From: Catalimonadaceae bacterium
GTDB lineage: Bacteria; Bacteroidota; Bacteroidia; Cytophagales; Flexibacteraceae
Direction of reading: 5' to 3'
Assembly (NCBI GenBank): GCA_044379485.1
Contig: JBIPOE010000001.1
Location: 143,990 to 167,989 of the forward strand
Length of the DNA: 24,000 nt
Position numbers and translations under genes: made by a program. Of this stretch, positions 21,800-24,000 are shown piece by piece. The first letter of the stretch is position 1. Each line of letters opens with the position of its first letter. The notes under the pieces are model-generated. The model worked only from the letters and a program-made list of their open reading frames with translations. It was not told where the DNA came from and ran no database searches.

Positions 21800-23707
21800 A
21801 TGAAATTCATTTACTTTCTATTTCTAGTAACAATTCTAAGCAGCGCTGTCTTGGCGCAAAGCAACATACCGCAGGTGGTGAGCTTTTCGGCTGTGGTACG
21901 CGATGCCAACAACCAGCCATTGGCCAATACCCCGGTGAGCATCCGGCTGACCTTTAAAAAAGGAGGTTCTTCCGGTCCATTGGTATATTGTGCCCTGCAC
22001 CAGGATGTGAGTAATGCGAATGGCTTCATCAGTTTGCAGTTGAACCGGAATGTGTTGGGCACAGGCTGCAACGGCGCACCGAGCACCACCTTTGAAACCA
22101 TACCTTGGAAAGAAGGCGGCTTCTGGATGGAGGTAGAGTACCAGACAGTACCGAACACACCCTTTACCAGTCTGGGCCAACTGGAACTGGCCAGCAGTTT
22201 TTATGCCTTTGCGGCGGGGAGTGCAGAAGAAATAAAAGGAGTAAATCTCCAAGGCGCACAGAATGGCTACGTTCTGGCTTACAACCAGAGCACCGGCAAA
22301 TGGGAGCCAACTCCAGCCACAGCAGGACCTCAGGGACCAATTGGCCCGATAGGCCCACAAGGACCTCAAGGAACACAGGGAGTTGCCGGCCCGGCTGGCA
22401 CGCAGGGAACTGCAGGTGCCACAGGACCACAGGGTGCTCAAGGCCCTGCAGGTGTAGCGGGTCTAAATGGAAAAACAATATTGAGCGGCACTGCCAACCC
22501 AACAGCAGGCCTTGGGACTATTGGCGACTTTTACTTAAACACCAGCACCAATACCCTCTTTGGCCCTAAAACCTCAGGAACCTGGCCGGCTACAGGAACT
22601 TCGCTTACCGGCCCTGCTGGCCCAGGTTATAGCAATGGCACAACTACCAACCAGATTATGTACTGGAACGGCACCGCATGGACGACGCTGAACCCGGGCA
22701 GCAACGGGCAGACACTTACACTTTGTAATGGCATACTTACCTGGACTACAGGTGGTATTTGCCCTGCGAGCCTTGCGACTTTAACAACCACGACAGTTTC
22801 CTCCATTACCTCAACGACAGCCAGCAGCGGCGGCAATATTACCAATGACGGCGGCGGTGCAGTTACAGCCAGAGGCGTTGTTTGGAGCACAAGCCAGAAC
22901 CCAACAATAGCATTAACAACCAAAACAAACAATGGTACAGGTACTGGCAGTTTTACGAGCAACCTAACTGGCCTGAGCCCGAATACAGTGTATTATGTAC
23001 GATCTTATGCGACCAATTCTGCGGGCACGGCTTATGGCAACCAACAAATATTGACCACGGCTTCATCATCCAATCCAGTGGATGTAGACGGCAACGTGTA
23101 CACCACAGTAACGATTGGTACGCAGATTTGGATGAAAGAAAACCTGAAAGTGAGTAAATATCGGAATGGAAATGCGATACCAACGAATCTTTCGGATGCG
23201 GGCTGGGCTTCAACTACTAGTGGTGCCTATGCGATATACAACAACGATGCAGCCAACAATACGACTTATGGTAAGTTATATAATTGGTATGCAGTTGTTG
23301 ACAGCCGAAACCTGTGCCCTGTTGGCTGGCATGTACCTACTGACCATGATTGGCAGCTACTAACAAAATTCATTGACTCCAATGCAGACACTTTAAGTTC
23401 TATTTCAAATGTTGCAGGGGGAAAGTTAAAGTCAATCGGTACATTTAATGCAGGAACTGGATTGTGGAGCAGTCCCAATATTAATGCAACAAATGAGTTT
23501 GGCTTCTTTGCTTTACCAGGCGGAAATAAAGGGTTTTTAGGAAATTCTGAATACATAACCATAAGAGGATGTTGGTGGACAGCATCTCCAGGAATCTCAT
23601 CAGCAGTTGCAACCAATCGATGTATTCAACATGATTTTTCTTGGATCAGCAGGGATAAAAATGCTAATAAACCATATGGCTTCTCCGTTCGTTGTATAAA
23701 AGACTAA
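21800..23707 (+). CDS. Secreted collagen-like repeat protein with Fn3-like module and C-terminal FISUMP (Fibrobacter succinogenes major paralogous) domain
   Basis: Signal peptide [20 protein letters not shown]. 17 G-X-Y triplets. [13 protein letters not shown]...[22 protein letters not shown] pattern [20 protein letters not shown]...YGKLYNWYA...CPVGWHVPT...GFFALPGG...FSVRCIKD. Confidence 0.85.
   Translation: MKFIYFLFLVTILSSAVLAQSNIPQVVSFSAVVRDANNQPLANTPVSIRLTFKKGGSSGPLVYCALHQDVSNANGFISLQLNRNVLGTGCNGAPSTTFETIPWKEGGFWMEVEYQTVPNTPFTSLGQLELASSFYAFAAGSAEEIKGVNLQGAQNGYVLAYNQSTGKWEPTPATAGPQGPIGPIGPQGPQGTQGVAGPAGTQGTAGATGPQGAQGPAGVAGLNGKTILSGTANPTAGLGTIGDFYLNTSTNTLFGPKTSGTWPATGTSLTGPAGPGYSNGTTTNQIMYWNGTAWTTLNPGSNGQTLTLCNGILTWTTGGICPASLATLTTTTVSSITSTTASSGGNITNDGGGAVTARGVVWSTSQNPTIALTTKTNNGTGTGSFTSNLTGLSPNTVYYVRSYATNSAGTAYGNQQILTTASSSNPVDVDGNVYTTVTIGTQIWMKENLKVSKYRNGNAIPTNLSDAGWASTTSGAYAIYNNDAANNTTYGKLYNWYAVVDSRNLCPVGWHVPTDHDWQLLTKFIDSNADTLSSISNVAGGKLKSIGTFNAGTGLWSSPNINATNEFGFFALPGGNKGFLGNSEYITIRGCWWTASPGISSAVATNRCIQHDFSWISRDKNANKPYGFSVRCIKD
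22325..22477 (+). repeat. Collagen-like G-X-Y triplet run (17 triplets) inside the CDS
   Basis: [51 protein letters not shown]. This stretch also generates long spurious ORFs in other frames. Confidence 0.9.
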
Positions 23708-23765
23708 CCCATGTTGGGTGTAGACTACGGTCTACGTCCGTGCATTGGCAAAACTTAGCTTTCCA

Positions 23766-23821
23766 CCAATTGGGCGAGGCTGTGCCTCGTTCGGCTTATT
23801 GTGAGGCTTCCAGGCACTATT
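23766..23821. repeat. Right (inverted) copy of the ~55-bp repeat
   Basis: ccaattgggcgaggctgtgcctcgttcggcttattgtgaggcttccaggcactatt is the reverse complement of 21140-21194 with about 3 differences. Confidence 0.85.
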
Positions 23822-23941
23822 TACCATAATTGGGCTATGGTTTATTGGATTGTCCTAATTCTGAATTCGACATTGGCACTCAGTCCTAAAAATCCTTATT
23901 ATTATATAAGTACGAAGGAATTTGGCAATATTCCAGAAAAT

Positions 23942-23972
23942 AATAAGAACGAGTTAGAACCTCGCCCGATGG
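23942..23972. repeat. Degenerate third copy of the same repeat (orientation as the left copy)
   Basis: aataagaacgagttagaacctcgcccgatgg compared with aataagccgaacgaggcacagcctcgcccgatgg. Confidence 0.5.
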
Positions 23973-24000
23973 GGTATTTTCATTTGGCTAACCAAAAAAG

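Noticed and set aside
21811-22962. Long ORFs antisense to or out of frame with the collagen-like gene (21811-22158, 21836-22441, 22105-22569, 22164-22502, 22627-22962)
   Set aside because: They are artefacts of the stop-poor G-X-Y / Thr-Gly-rich coding sequence. They have Arg/Cys/Pro-rich nonsense compositions and overlap a well-supported CDS.

Overview
This looks like a Bacteroidota chromosomal segment: it has T9SS C-terminal sorting domains, a FISUMP domain and gene starts with poor Shine-Dalgarno sequences. It is mostly accessory DNA.

(1) 1-2550: a repeat-rich non-coding leader and an M23 peptidase with a T9SS tail, bracketed by copies of a hairpin repeat.

(2) 2557-3612: a secreted Endonuclease-NS-type nuclease.

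(3) 3628-14371: an uninterrupted string of 11 minus-strand genes. In order of transcription they are three small genes (unknown, XRE HTH, unknown), vsr, a C-protein-like HTH, a C5 DNA methyltransferase, a GHKL (MutL/MORC-like) ATPase, an SF2 ATPase with Z1 domain, a PD-(D/E)XK protein, an AIPR protein and a small unknown gene. This is a methylation-linked multi-gene defence cassette of the GHKL/Z1/AIPR type. From memory it resembles the set named Mza. Its mechanism is essentially uncharacterised, and it is the main candidate system in the window.

(4) 14.6-20.4 kb: an array of small toxin-antitoxin cassettes. It holds MNT/HEPN, two RelE/ParE-like pairs whose toxins are inactivated, an orphan antitoxin and MntA/HepT, plus a REP-flanked RAYT (IS200-like Y1 transposase). 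Four same-orientation copies of a 62-137 bp module encoding NFDPLPWSLPNIRSQPYDPE partition the array. It ends at a sharp junction near 20.36 kb that truncates both HepT and a convergent pirin gene.

(5) 21.1-24.0 kb: a small T9SS cargo protein and a collagen-like/FISUMP protein, flanked by inverted repeats of about 55 bp.

No rRNA, tRNA or CRISPR array was seen. All functional calls rest on motifs read by eye; no database search was possible.
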